Shown piece by piece: positions 28,637 through 38,926 of a DNA stretch of 64,000 nucleotides. The translations under genes were made by a program, and so were the position numbers. This stretch comes from a virus (taxonomy: Duplodnaviria; Caudoviricetes). Where the stretch lies: the IMG/VR virus record IMGVR_UViG_3300027708_000016; one strand, written 5' to 3'. The first letter of the stretch is position 1, and each line of letters opens with the position of its first letter. A model generated the notes under the pieces. It ran no database searches. It was not told the DNA's origin and worked only from the letters and a program-made list of their open reading frames with translations.

Positions 28637-29381
28637 CAATCTTCTTCCAATTCCGAAAACATCTATTGAAAAGCTTTTAAAGCCTATCAATAGGGTTACA
28701 GAAAGCTGCGTACTGCGAACCAGTAGCGATAGTTTGTATTCTCTTTGTACTTCCGCTGATAATAGTGTAATTCTTTATGCTGTTTGTAATCTTCCGATGC
28801 AAATTGAAGATTCAAAACTCAATATTATTAATATCAAGAAGTTCTTAACTGGTCTTGATTGTTTGGGTGATGATGGTGAATTTACCATGATCATTGAGAA
28901 AAATAACATTAAGTGTCAGTCTAAGAACGATGAGACAGCCGAAAATGCTCATTTTAAATATCATTTGGTTGATGATGGTATTATTAAGGAATCAACTGTT
29001 AAAATTGAAAACATAATCAAATTAAACTTTGATACTGTTTTTGATATCGAGTTATCAAAACTCAGACAAATTATGTCAGGATATTCCTTTGTATCAGATG
29101 TTACAAAGATTTATTTTTACACAAAAGATGGTAGAGTCTATGCAGAGATTGATGATAAAACTATGCAGAATGTGGATAATATTTCTTTGATGTTATCATC
29201 AAATTACCAAGGAAAAGACATTGAACCAATCTCCATCAAAATTGAGGTTTTCAAGAGTTTGATTAGTAGCAAGTACCCTGTAAAGGTTAAGATTAATGAT
29301 GAAATGAAAATCTTTGTTTTTACTACAAAAGAAGATGAAAATGTTGAACTAAAATATATTGTTTCTGCACTTGTTAAATAA
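28626..29381 (+). CDS. gp45: Sliding clamp (gp45-like)
   Basis: 251 aa, two-domain size, KYHLVDDGII resembling the gp45 interdomain motif, KYIVSAL C-terminus; replication-cluster context. Confidence 0.65.
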   Translation: MSNNNLLPIPKTSIEKLLKPINRVTESCVLRTSSDSLYSLCTSADNSVILYAVCNLPMQIEDSKLNIINIKKFLTGLDCLGDDGEFTMIIEKNNIKCQSKNDETAENAHFKYHLVDDGIIKESTVKIENIIKLNFDTVFDIELSKLRQIMSGYSFVSDVTKIYFYTKDGRVYAEIDDKTMQNVDNISLMLSSNYQGKDIEPISIKIEVFKSLISSKYPVKVKINDEMKIFVFTTKEDENVELKYIVSALVK

Positions 29382-29389
29382 AATAAACC

Positions 29390-29397
29390 TATAAATA
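29390..29397 (+). promoter_or_regulatory. T4 late promoter consensus TATAAATA
   Basis: Exact TATAAATA, 5 nt before ATG 29403. Confidence 0.6.
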
Positions 29398-29402
29398 TAA
29401 TT

Positions 29403-29741
29403 ATGTCAAAGAACAAGCTCACAACATGTAGTTATTTCATAAAACGTTTGCGTGATAGTGGATACGTTACCGATAAGGTATTTACGGATTATGCAGAATC
29501 TGATCCTCGTTCATGGACGGTCATCGTTGACCCAAAAGGTTCATCTGTTATGATTACTTGTTTTAATAATCATAATTATTTGGGTGAGGAGTATTTTGAA
29601 ATGCACGATGGTGGTCAATTTATACCCGAACATTTTAAAATTAAAACCAGTTCAATTGAGGTTTTAATTGAATATCTTGTAAAGTTTGGCATTAATAATA
29701 AAGCACAAGGTTATGGCTCCAAGAAAGAAGAAACCAAATAA
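29403..29741 (+). CDS. Hypothetical protein
   Basis: 112 aa ORF after the late promoter. Confidence 0.6.
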   Translation: MSKNKLTTCSYFIKRLRDSGYVTDKVFTDYAESDPRSWTVIVDPKGSSVMITCFNNHNYLGEEYFEMHDGGQFIPEHFKIKTSSIEVLIEYLVKFGINNKAQGYGSKKEETK

Positions 29742-30117
29742 CACTGGTACACCTTCCTTATCTTCGGTTGACTCTATCTTGCACAAAATAGAAACAAATC
29801 CAAAAGATTTATCCGATGAAATAGCAAAGAAAGTTTTTACTGTCGTTTCCAATCTTGAACTTCAAAAAAGTATTGATAAGTTCATGAAAGAAAGTAAACG
29901 AGCAAATCAAATTTCAATGCGAGATCTAAGTATTCTTAAAGGAATAATGAGCGAATACTTGGATGCGTTTTTAGTTTTTGGTTATAATATTGAAGGCGAT
30001 AGAATCATTCTTCAAAATTTTAAAAATGCACGAGACCGAGATGCTATTATGGAATTTTTAAAAACAATTTTTCTTAAACAGCAACATGAGAATTTTTTAG
30101 ATCAAGACGATGAATAA
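29713..30117 (+). CDS. Hypothetical protein
   Basis: ORF 29686..30117; internal ATG (MAPRKKK) at 29713 preferred. Confidence 0.55.
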   Translation: MAPRKKKPNNTGTPSLSSVDSILHKIETNPKDLSDEIAKKVFTVVSNLELQKSIDKFMKESKRANQISMRDLSILKGIMSEYLDAFLVFGYNIEGDRIILQNFKNARDRDAIMEFLKTIFLKQQHENFLDQDDE

Positions 30118-31111
30118 TATACCAACAGCAGATCCAATATGTGATGTAACAAAATTAAATCCTGCATTTTTTCCAATGGGGAGTGCAGTTACCGATCCAA
30201 ATTTCAACATACTTCCGTTTTTATGTAACCTTTTGCAACATGCTACTGACGAATCGATAGATCCAGTTTTAATCCCCCCAACACCTTATGATATCAGTCC
30301 TCATATAAATTTTACGGCTCTTACTGCCATAGGTGATCACCGATTTTCAGATGGAGATTTATTACATATAGCATTTGCTAATTTTTTACCAAAGTTAGTA
30401 ACTCAAGTTGAAGTCAAACAGGCAGGGGGTACACAGATAATAAACAATTATATTTGTGATTCAGATGGAAACCCAATAAAGCAATCACAGATTGCTCCTA
30501 TTTTAACCACGGTTGGCAATGGTAACATTAATTTGTTTGGTTATAACATTCCACCAATAGCTGATCCAAATGAATTACTAAAGCCATTTAAAGCAGAAGA
30601 CGTATTAGCAGTAGTTAATAATGCAATCATAAGTGGATCTAACAAGGATGCTGATGCATTTTGCGAATATTTGCAACTTTATTATCCAAAAGCTCAGTGG
30701 AATGCAAAATTGTTTGCATTCCCAAGACCACAATTTTTTTACGTTGAATTAGACTACGCACAAGATTCATCAATAGCAATATATCTTAAGTATCATCCTG
30801 AAATGCAATCATATGTTGCTAAAAAATTAGCAAGTGCTGGTTATATTGCTTCTGATGCAGAAGTAATAATTAAAAACAATACTTTGTTTGCAAATAATGC
30901 ATTAGCTAGAATTTTCTTAGAACCTATCGCAAATTATGTTACTTTGATTAATAATTCCACATTGGCAGTGCAGCATCAAATGAGTGCAGTTGATATATTT
31001 TCTGCAAAACCCAATGAGCAATATGTTAACATGGTTAATAGTTCCATAAGTGGTCTTAGTGGTATAACAACACAGAGTTTAAACACTGTTACAACTTATT
31101 TTAATAGTTAA
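30110..31111 (+). CDS. Hypothetical protein (possibly structural)
   Basis: 333 aa ORF converging on the baseplate genes. Confidence 0.55.
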   Translation: MNNIPTADPICDVTKLNPAFFPMGSAVTDPNFNILPFLCNLLQHATDESIDPVLIPPTPYDISPHINFTALTAIGDHRFSDGDLLHIAFANFLPKLVTQVEVKQAGGTQIINNYICDSDGNPIKQSQIAPILTTVGNGNINLFGYNIPPIADPNELLKPFKAEDVLAVVNNAIISGSNKDADAFCEYLQLYYPKAQWNAKLFAFPRPQFFYVELDYAQDSSIAIYLKYHPEMQSYVAKKLASAGYIASDAEVIIKNNTLFANNALARIFLEPIANYVTLINNSTLAVQHQMSAVDIFSAKPNEQYVNMVNSSISGLSGITTQSLNTVTTYFNS

Positions 31112-33201
31112 CAGACGTATTTTAAACTGGATTCAGCTGGTGGAACCAGATTACCATCTGGTGTAAAAGTTGTTTTAGCATCAACATAATTGCTTTGTTT
31201 AAATTCATCACCTTCAATATTGTAAGCTTGATTTCTGTATTTTGTTGGAGGGAATGAAAACGCACCACCACCACCACAAGAGCTTGGCAAATCCTTTGCA
31301 CTAGGTGTAGATGCCATAGGTGCGGAAGCAGGTGATGGTATATGACTTGGTGCAGGAGTTGCAGAATTTATACCACCAATATTACCATGCCAAGAACCAG
31401 CAGCAGTTGCATAAGCATGAGTATGGAAATCATCATAATGAGAGTGAACGTGTGGTTGCGTCCACACAGGAATACATGCGGGTTGAACCATAGCAAATCC
31501 CGTAATTGTAGCTGCACCAGCACCAACAACCGTAACCTGAGTTCCATAAACTGGTGCGGGTGCGGGAGGACCGTTAATAATATACGCCATTAGTGGATTA
31601 TAAGTCGTACAATCATAAACCATAGCATATCCAGTTGGTATACCTGTATTCGTAACAGGTAAATTCATTTTAGCACCTTGTATTGCAGTTTGAACTGTAT
31701 CAAACAACCAAGATAAAGTTAAAAGAGAGTTTAATGCATCAATTCCATCTTGTATTTTTTCTAAAGTTTTACCAATTGTATTATAAACAGTTGCCTGAAC
31801 ACCATTTGGTATTGGGAAAGTACTGTTATGAATTGCATCCCCTCCGTTATAGTGTGGAGATGAGGCAGGATCTGTAATAAGAGTCATTCCTCTTGTTATT
31901 GTGTTTGGAGTTGAGACATTACCATTACATGTTATTGTCCCAGTAACAACTAAATCACCTGTTACACTCAATTGACCTTTAACCATTGCCTTTTTTGCAT
32001 CAATTTCCAATCCATGATCACCACTTCCATCATTTGCATCAATTTTAATATTTGCACCCTTTAAAACGGTTTTACCCTTTGATGCCAAATTCAATGTACC
32101 ATCACTTGCAATGATATTCATACTACCAGCAAGATAATCAGAATGTCCATTAGTACCTAAAACTATTCCATGAGCACCAGCATTTATAGAAACTTTATTA
32201 TCTGCAACGATATGATACTCACCGCCTGGCGTCATATCAGGTGGTACACTATCATACTGGATACAAGAGCCTGGCGACGATGGAACAGGAATAGATGTTG
32301 CATCTTTACCCTTTTCCAGTGCTACCATTTGAGGCGCAGCAACACCTTTTGCATATGCTGGTAAATCATTAATTTGTCCAGAACCAACAATTATTGAAAA
32401 ACTACCTTTATGGTGTTCACAAACACTACTAACAGATAATTGTTGTTCAAGTTTGTTAATGTCATCAGTTTTTATCTTCCATAATTCATCAGCAGCAGCA
32501 TTAGCAGCTTCGGTTTTACCAGAAGAAGTTTCAATCATTCCGTTTTCGCATGATGGATTACTACAATTTTTACCACCTTTTGCGGCAATTGCAGACCCGC
32601 TACTCATAAATGGAACAATTAAACATGAAAGAATAAACTGAACTGCATTCATTGGAAATTTAATTTTTGGGGGCCAAAAATACTTTCCTATTGTTCTTGC
32701 TATTGCTGTAGCTTTTTCACTTGCTCTATCTTGTGCAATTTTAGTTGAACAAACAGGACATTCTACTTTATCACCTTTAGTTTGTTCATAAGCATTAATT
32801 TTTGCAGTTTGTATTTCAGCTAAATGACTTTTTAATTGTGCATGTAAATCGGTTGCAGCTTGTCCATGATCACCACCCAATTCAACTTTATCACCAATGG
32901 TGTAATGATTTCTATCACCCTGAACTGTATCTTGAACAGCACCCCTTACGGATGTAACTTTATTACCACCAACTTCCAACGAGTAATCACCATAAGTTTT
33001 AAATAAACCACCACCAGCCATAAACTTTAAAAAGCTTTTTGAGGTTCCATCTTGGAAAGTAGCACTTGAATAGTTATTCCAAACTACCGATGATCCATCT
33101 TTATTATAAATAGTATTAAAACTTAATGAACCTGCTTCTGCATTAATACCGTCGAGTTTTATTACGTTGTTTGGTGTTGAAATGTCTCCTGTTGTTGCCA
33201 T
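31108..33201 (-). CDS. Baseplate hub/spike protein, gp5 C-terminal-like beta-helix with Cys clusters
   Basis: VgrG/gp5-like repeats (SLEVGGNKVTSVRGAVQDTVQGDRNHYTIG; VSINAG, IKIDA, LSVTGDLVVTG), CPVC and CSNPSC; follows the gp5-N ORF. Confidence 0.6.
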   Translation of the reverse strand: MATTGDISTPNNVIKLDGINAEAGSLSFNTIYNKDGSSVVWNNYSSATFQDGTSKSFLKFMAGGGLFKTYGDYSLEVGGNKVTSVRGAVQDTVQGDRNHYTIGDKVELGGDHGQAATDLHAQLKSHLAEIQTAKINAYEQTKGDKVECPVCSTKIAQDRASEKATAIARTIGKYFWPPKIKFPMNAVQFILSCLIVPFMSSGSAIAAKGGKNCSNPSCENGMIETSSGKTEAANAAADELWKIKTDDINKLEQQLSVSSVCEHHKGSFSIIVGSGQINDLPAYAKGVAAPQMVALEKGKDATSIPVPSSPGSCIQYDSVPPDMTPGGEYHIVADNKVSINAGAHGIVLGTNGHSDYLAGSMNIIASDGTLNLASKGKTVLKGANIKIDANDGSGDHGLEIDAKKAMVKGQLSVTGDLVVTGTITCNGNVSTPNTITRGMTLITDPASSPHYNGGDAIHNSTFPIPNGVQATVYNTIGKTLEKIQDGIDALNSLLTLSWLFDTVQTAIQGAKMNLPVTNTGIPTGYAMVYDCTTYNPLMAYIINGPPAPAPVYGTQVTVVGAGAATITGFAMVQPACIPVWTQPHVHSHYDDFHTHAYATAAGSWHGNIGGINSATPAPSHIPSPASAPMASTPSAKDLPSSCGGGGAFSFPPTKYRNQAYNIEGDEFKQSNYVDAKTTFTPDGNLVPPAESSLKYVC

Positions 33202-33205
33202 ATTT

Positions 33206-34474
33206 TTATACTCTTGTTAAATTTTGATTTCCTACTTGATAATTAGTTGCTTCTTGTACACTTGCAAAGTATACAGGTCTTTGAACGTCTCCATCATAGA
33301 AAAACACCCAAACTTTTGCACCAACTGCGGGTCTTGAAAAGAAACCAGCAGCACCACCAACTGAACTTGGCATAGGAACACCTGCTTCTGCTGCTAGTGT
33401 ATCTTGTATTTTAATGGGTTGAGCAGTACCCGTTGGGGTTGGAGAAGGTGTTGTTTGTGGACGTTTAACACCTGCTAATTTATCTGATATAACATTTGGT
33501 GATAATCCAGCAAAACGATTTACTGTACCATATTCACTAGCTACACCTTTATGTTTAATTAGTTTTCCATTAGAATTATAAACTGGAGACCCAAAAATGG
33601 CATTTTCAGAATTACTCAATTTATCTACAATTTTTCGTGCAGTTGCAGCACTTTGTGCTGCTGGATCATATATGTTTGCAGCGGTTACCCCTAAATCGCC
33701 TATACTATTACTAAATAAACCTTCTGATATTGCATATGTTTTTCCATCATTTGAGAAATTTTCTGCATATTGATTATTAATTGCTATATATTGTCCATAT
33801 GTTACAGATTCATGTAAAGCTAGGGAATCTAGAAAATTAGCCCATTGATCAGCTGTTGGTTGAGAACCAGCAGGACCTAATGCGTAACTTTCACCATCAG
33901 ATGGGGATGGTACATTAGCCAAATATTGTTGTGCTGTTTGTAAATTAATTTTATGCATATCATCTAAAGTAATATAATCTAGATTTGAATAATCAGTCCT
34001 TAAATCAACCGTTGGATATCTACCATCATTTTGAACATTTCCTGTTTGACCATTAGCACCAATATCAGTTCCATGATATGCGGTAACACTTATTGCTGGT
34101 TGATTATTTAAATTTTGAGATTTTGCATTAATAAGCATTAATGCTGGTGTCACTGCCAAAGGGTTAGCAGTATAAGATGGCATTGCTGATGCATTACCAG
34201 TAAATTTAATTGGTCCTGCCGTACCACCACCAAAAGCAGGAACCGCTATTTCACTCCAAGGTAATTGCTCCTTTAGTCTTTCCAAAACACCACCACCAAA
34301 AGCAGAATTATTAACTTCTGAGGATTTAAAAATCTTATCGGTTAATCCTTGATTCCAATCTGCAAACAATGTATTTGATACATGAGGAACAAATATCTGT
34401 AACCTTCCTCTGTTTTCTGGATCTTGGTTATTTATTACAATACCAACATGATTTGAAAAAACTGGATCATACAT
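33206..34474 (-). CDS. gp5 N-terminal OB-fold baseplate protein with inserted lysozyme/SLT-like domain
   Basis: VGIVINNQDPENRGRLQIFVP, LPWSE, RPAVGAKVWVFFYDGDVQRPVYFAS; insert contains LALHES, SEGLFS, NIYDP. Confidence 0.72.
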   Translation of the reverse strand: MYDPVFSNHVGIVINNQDPENRGRLQIFVPHVSNTLFADWNQGLTDKIFKSSEVNNSAFGGGVLERLKEQLPWSEIAVPAFGGGTAGPIKFTGNASAMPSYTANPLAVTPALMLINAKSQNLNNQPAISVTAYHGTDIGANGQTGNVQNDGRYPTVDLRTDYSNLDYITLDDMHKINLQTAQQYLANVPSPSDGESYALGPAGSQPTADQWANFLDSLALHESVTYGQYIAINNQYAENFSNDGKTYAISEGLFSNSIGDLGVTAANIYDPAAQSAATARKIVDKLSNSENAIFGSPVYNSNGKLIKHKGVASEYGTVNRFAGLSPNVISDKLAGVKRPQTTPSPTPTGTAQPIKIQDTLAAEAGVPMPSSVGGAAGFFSRPAVGAKVWVFFYDGDVQRPVYFASVQEATNYQVGNQNLTRV

Positions 34475-34479
34475 AAAAG

Positions 34480-36291
34480 TTATTGGGTTTTGCCCGTGAA
34501 TATATTTCCAATAGTAGTTCCAACTGCTTTAGTTGCATTACCAACATCAGATGGTATACCTGCCAACCCTCCACCAATATCACCAAATGCTTTTGAAAAA
34601 TTGCAAGCATCGTTTCCAAGGTTTGTTACGGTTTGACCAGCAATAGCTCCAATGTTACTACCTAAATTAGCAGTAGCTGTTGCTAATGGATTTACATCAC
34701 TAATAATTGAAGTATTAACAGTTTTTAACGCAACAGGATTAGAATTAACATCAATTTGTGTACCATCTGTTGCAGTGTAAGAATTTGCATTGATCGGTGC
34801 AAAATTAGGTGGAAACTGACCACCAAAATGAGTATAAATTGCCGTTGCCTTGGATAAAATATTACCCAATGGACTTTGTGATGCAGCATAAGAAGAACCA
34901 TATTTACTTGCCAATGCACCTAACATATTACCTTGCAAAGCTTGTAAAACATAACCATATTGGAAATTTGTCATTTTATCACTGATGAATCCATTTGGAT
35001 CATTAGCCATTTGATTAACCATAATTATAATATTGTTAATCTGTGGCGGTAAAAACGATTGAATTGTTCCTAATGGATTTTGAACAAATGAAGAAGTTAT
35101 ATTTAAATATTGTTGAAAACTATTTAAATAATTTAACCAAGGACCTGCCATTTGAAAAAGTGAAGTAAAAAAATTAATATCATTTAAAACAACTTGTAAA
35201 GTATCTAAAATTAAACATAATAGATCAAGTGGTATAATATCATTTATTATACTAATAATTTTCTTTTGTATCTGAGCCATGATACCGTTTATATATGCAT
35301 AAATTTGTTTAACTATTGCAATACATCCTTGATATATATCTGTTATCATTTTTTGGAATGCAGCTATTGATGCTTCGATACCATGAACCAAACGACTCAA
35401 AGAACTAAAACTTCCTTTTGGTGCAGCTAACCACGAATGAGTTCTTATTTTATTACAGAAGGATTCTAAAGCGGCTGTGGTGCCAGGATGTATACCCTCT
35501 AATATTTTTTCCACTAAACTTGGAGCATGTTTTGCGGGTCCTGTAATAGGACTTGAAGGTTGAGCAGTGCTACTGGCAGCAGTAGCACCCCATGCACCAG
35601 CACTTTTAAAACATCCTTTTTTCCACGCAGGAGTTAATTTTAAGTAAGGAATTAAATTTGCATCTTTACCCATTAATACAAATCTTTTCTTAAATGCATC
35701 GTCGATAACAACTTGATTTTGTGTTGGTGATAAATTTGCAGACATTACATCACAATCAAATCCTTTAACCAACATATGTAATAATAAATATCTTGCATTT
35801 TTATTCAAGTGACATTGTCTAAAAAATAAATAAATTGCAGTCAAGCCTGGTGAGGTTCCATCTTTGTTAACTAAGTTAGTTTGTTTTTCTAAATTTAAAA
35901 TCTTTTTATCAGTTACTTGTTGAGAATTAGTATACGCTGCTTGTTGCTTATCATTATGAGAATCTATGGTTTTTTTAGGATTATTTTGTGCAGCAGAAGC
36001 TGCACTGCCTTGTTGGGGGACACCCAATCCACCACCTATAAATGGTGCATTTGGATCTGAACTACTAGCAGCACCCTGCCCTTGACCATAACCTGCCAAA
36101 TTACCCATTTGCATTGTTGTATCAATGGTAGAAGTTTGCAGAGTCTGATTTATATTTAATGAACCGCCAAATTGCGTCATTGAATTATTTCCAGATGCAC
36201 CATTTGGATTAAATTTATTAATAATATCACTACCACCGTTAATCGGTTGTGAATTTACGGAAGTAGGAGTAAATGTTGTATTGTCAGCCAT
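34480..36291 (-). CDS. Hypothetical virion/baseplate-associated protein
   Basis: 603 aa, Gly/Ala/Ser-rich ends and amphipathic helical core; co-oriented with the gp5-like genes. Confidence 0.5.
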   Translation of the reverse strand: MADNTTFTPTSVNSQPINGGSDIINKFNPNGASGNNSMTQFGGSLNINQTLQTSTIDTTMQMGNLAGYGQGQGAASSSDPNAPFIGGGLGVPQQGSAASAAQNNPKKTIDSHNDKQQAAYTNSQQVTDKKILNLEKQTNLVNKDGTSPGLTAIYLFFRQCHLNKNARYLLLHMLVKGFDCDVMSANLSPTQNQVVIDDAFKKRFVLMGKDANLIPYLKLTPAWKKGCFKSAGAWGATAASSTAQPSSPITGPAKHAPSLVEKILEGIHPGTTAALESFCNKIRTHSWLAAPKGSFSSLSRLVHGIEASIAAFQKMITDIYQGCIAIVKQIYAYINGIMAQIQKKIISIINDIIPLDLLCLILDTLQVVLNDINFFTSLFQMAGPWLNYLNSFQQYLNITSSFVQNPLGTIQSFLPPQINNIIIMVNQMANDPNGFISDKMTNFQYGYVLQALQGNMLGALASKYGSSYAASQSPLGNILSKATAIYTHFGGQFPPNFAPINANSYTATDGTQIDVNSNPVALKTVNTSIISDVNPLATATANLGSNIGAIAGQTVTNLGNDACNFSKAFGDIGGGLAGIPSDVGNATKAVGTTIGNIFTGKTQ

Positions 36292-36298
36292 ATTTTTA

Positions 36299-36326
36299 TT
36301 GCAATAACAAAATTCTTTGCTATACT
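36299..36326 (+). promoter_or_regulatory. sigma70-like promoter of dNMP kinase
   Basis: TTGCAA(36299)-16 nt-TATACT(36321-26), ATG at 36333. Confidence 0.55.
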
Positions 36327-36332
36327 ATATTT

Positions 36333-36944
36333 ATGCGTAAAACCATATTTTCATACCCTAATATCATTGGAATATCAGGTGCTGCTCGTTCTGGAAAAGA
36401 TACTCTCTGTAGAGCTTTACAAAGACAATTTGCTAAAAAAGATATTTTAGCAGTAAGAAAATCAATTGCTGGTGATACTGTAAAGTCAGATTTACAAGAA
36501 TTAATTGAAAGAAAGTTTAATTTAGATTCTTTTACGGAAAAAAACGACGAAAAAGAATTCATGCGTCCTCTTCTTGTTGAATATGGTAAAATGCAAAGAG
36601 CAAAAACCCAAGGCAGATACTTTATTGAAAGATTTGAACCAGAACAATACGCAATAAACATATTACCAGATATTCGTTATGTTGAATATCTCAAGGATGA
36701 AGTTCAATGGCTTAAAAATGAAGTCGGTGGCTTTTTGATTTTTGTAGAAAGAGATGGAATTTATGATGCCAATGATACAGAAAAGGTGAACAATAAAATT
36801 ATTTGTAATCTAGCAGATTATAATGTTAAATGGAGTTCATTGTCTGAAAGTATACCTGATGAAAAGGAGCAAATTGATCAACAGGCTCATAGAGTTATAA
36901 GTTGGATGACTACCATTTACCAATTGGACAAACAGCAGCCTTAA
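36333..36944 (+). CDS. Deoxynucleoside monophosphate kinase (T4 gp1-like)
   Basis: IIGISGAARSGKDT P-loop, RPLLVEYG, ILPDIRY..E; ATG 36333 preferred. Confidence 0.78.
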   Translation: MRKTIFSYPNIIGISGAARSGKDTLCRALQRQFAKKDILAVRKSIAGDTVKSDLQELIERKFNLDSFTEKNDEKEFMRPLLVEYGKMQRAKTQGRYFIERFEPEQYAINILPDIRYVEYLKDEVQWLKNEVGGFLIFVERDGIYDANDTEKVNNKIICNLADYNVKWSSLSESIPDEKEQIDQQAHRVISWMTTIYQLDKQQP

Positions 36945-37212
36945 TATAGGTTTTAACTGCCATAAAACACCCACATTTTGTGCATCTTTGGGATGTTTTT
37001 TGATAAAATTCACACCCTTCGCAAATGTTTTTTCTTTTATTTGAATCTTCATTAGAAACATTCAATGGATTACCTTCTGCAATTCCTTTAACACTATCAA
37101 CGGTTGTTCTTACTATATTCTTAGCCATTTGTAGAGCAGTAGGCATTTGAACTTTAGGCGTTATATTGGCAGCATTACGAATTAACAACTTCTTTAATTC
37201 TTCTTTATCCAT
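36910..37212 (-). CDS. Small Cys-rich (Zn-binding) hypothetical protein
   Basis: CEGC...CTKCGCFM..K....AVCPIGKW; start at MDKEE (37212), 5 nt after TAAATA. Confidence 0.65.
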   Translation of the reverse strand: MDKEELKKLLIRNAANITPKVQMPTALQMAKNIVRTTVDSVKGIAEGNPLNVSNEDSNKRKNICEGCEFYQKTSQRCTKCGCFMAVKTYIKAAVCPIGKW

Positions 37213-37213
37213 A

Positions 37214-38926
37214 TTAATATTTACTATTATCCTTTGTGAATAAATTTGACCAGCTATCAATTTTAACTGCTACAACCTCAGTGTTATAATCGTCTTGGGA
37301 AAAAACATGATTAACTTTTACAATTAACCATTGCCCTAAAACTCTATCATCAAAAGGATTTTTATCTGCACCCGAAGATCCTAATCGATCTATGAAAATA
37401 AACTTACCCGGCGTTCTCATTGTTATCCCTTTAACTTTAAATGTTAAAGTTTCGTTTAAAAATATAGCATCTTTTAACATTTTTGCTCCAGAATAATTTG
37501 GGGGAAAATATTTACTGGGAACAAATATATTTTTTAAATTTATACCTTTTCTGTTGGTTTCATTTATATTTAACAATATACCAGCACCACTTGGATTAGG
37601 ATGGGATGATGAAAAATTAAACAATCCAGTTTTAGCTAATTTTTCTAAATTATTTTTTACATCTATTGCCCTGTTTCCAGTATGTTTTACACTAAATTGA
37701 TTAGTTGAAAAATCATAAGTGTGTACAGGTGCATTTGTTATTCTTGCTGAATCCATTGCAACCATTGGTGAAAAACTATATTGAAATATTCTTGAAGCAA
37801 TAGCAGATGAAAAGTTTACAGTGTTTTTATCATTTGTTGCATTTGGTGCTCTTGAAACAGAAGGTTGAGCGTTTTCAGCACCATCTTCTATAAAAAGTCT
37901 TTCTATTTGATTTTTATTAGCATTACTAAAAAAATTAGATAGTGAATTAAGTTTCCAAGTTTTATCAAGACTTGATCTACCAAAATTAAGTAAAACGGGT
38001 CCGTTATCCAATCCTATACATCTATCCAAAGCATATTTTACATCATCCAATGCACTAGAGTTTGAGGGTGAGCTATAATTAATATAGTTATCGGGCGCAC
38101 CAATATCCCAATTTTTATTATCAAAATTTGCCATTGATTGAGTAGGTGAAGCAATAGATTCACTTTGTAAAAATCCAACTTTTATAAAATCACCTTGGTT
38201 TTGATTTATGGTAAATGGATTATTTCTAATTGTCGGTGTGACTGATGCAGCAGTCATTATTATGTCCTGTAAAGCTAACGAGGGATTTATTGATCGTTGT
38301 GAATCCGTAAGACTAGCTGCGGTTAAAGTTGAACCAACATTATTTAAAAGACCACCCGTATTAACTGGTAATTTTTTTCTATATATTGAACTATAAACAG
38401 TTGAGTATTCTATGTTTCGTTCTGATAATATTTGAAATCTTTCATCCCAAAAATAAAGTTTTTTTAATTTTTGTTGATTGTTACCAGTTTGTATATCTTC
38501 AATATCATAAATTGAAAAATCAAAAGACATTTCCCACATATCATGAGGGTATACATCTTCAGTATTTGTCGGATCAACTGGATAAATTCTAAAACTAATT
38601 TTATTTCTACCATCTGTTCTAAAAACATAAGGAGCTTTAATTGCTGGTAATGTTATTTGATTATTATTTTGTGATACTATAGTACTATTAGAACCTCTTT
38701 CAAATATTTCAAAATCACTTCTTAGAATAATCCATCCTTTTGTTATCCAATCAATTAATGATTCGTTAATTGAAAAAGAATTTACAAATAAAAATGGAAC
38801 TTTTACAGGTGGATAACCTTCCAATTGATTATAAAGATATATTTCTATATAGTAACTCTGATCTCTTATCTGTACTATAAAAGGAGAGTCTGTATAATTT
38901 TTATTATCAGCCATAACTATTGACAA
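37214..38926 (-). CDS. Putative baseplate hub protein (gp27-like)
   Basis: SINESL...ITKGWI N-terminus; GITMRTPGKFI and GQWLIVKVNHVF C-terminus typical of hub/late-D proteins. Confidence 0.55.
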   Translation of the reverse strand: MSIVMADNKNYTDSPFIVQIRDQSYYIEIYLYNQLEGYPPVKVPFLFVNSFSINESLIDWITKGWIILRSDFEIFERGSNSTIVSQNNNQITLPAIKAPYVFRTDGRNKISFRIYPVDPTNTEDVYPHDMWEMSFDFSIYDIEDIQTGNNQQKLKKLYFWDERFQILSERNIEYSTVYSSIYRKKLPVNTGGLLNNVGSTLTAASLTDSQRSINPSLALQDIIMTAASVTPTIRNNPFTINQNQGDFIKVGFLQSESIASPTQSMANFDNKNWDIGAPDNYINYSSPSNSSALDDVKYALDRCIGLDNGPVLLNFGRSSLDKTWKLNSLSNFFSNANKNQIERLFIEDGAENAQPSVSRAPNATNDKNTVNFSSAIASRIFQYSFSPMVAMDSARITNAPVHTYDFSTNQFSVKHTGNRAIDVKNNLEKLAKTGLFNFSSSHPNPSGAGILLNINETNRKGINLKNIFVPSKYFPPNYSGAKMLKDAIFLNETLTFKVKGITMRTPGKFIFIDRLGSSGADKNPFDDRVLGQWLIVKVNHVFSQDDYNTEVVAVKIDSWSNLFTKDNSKY

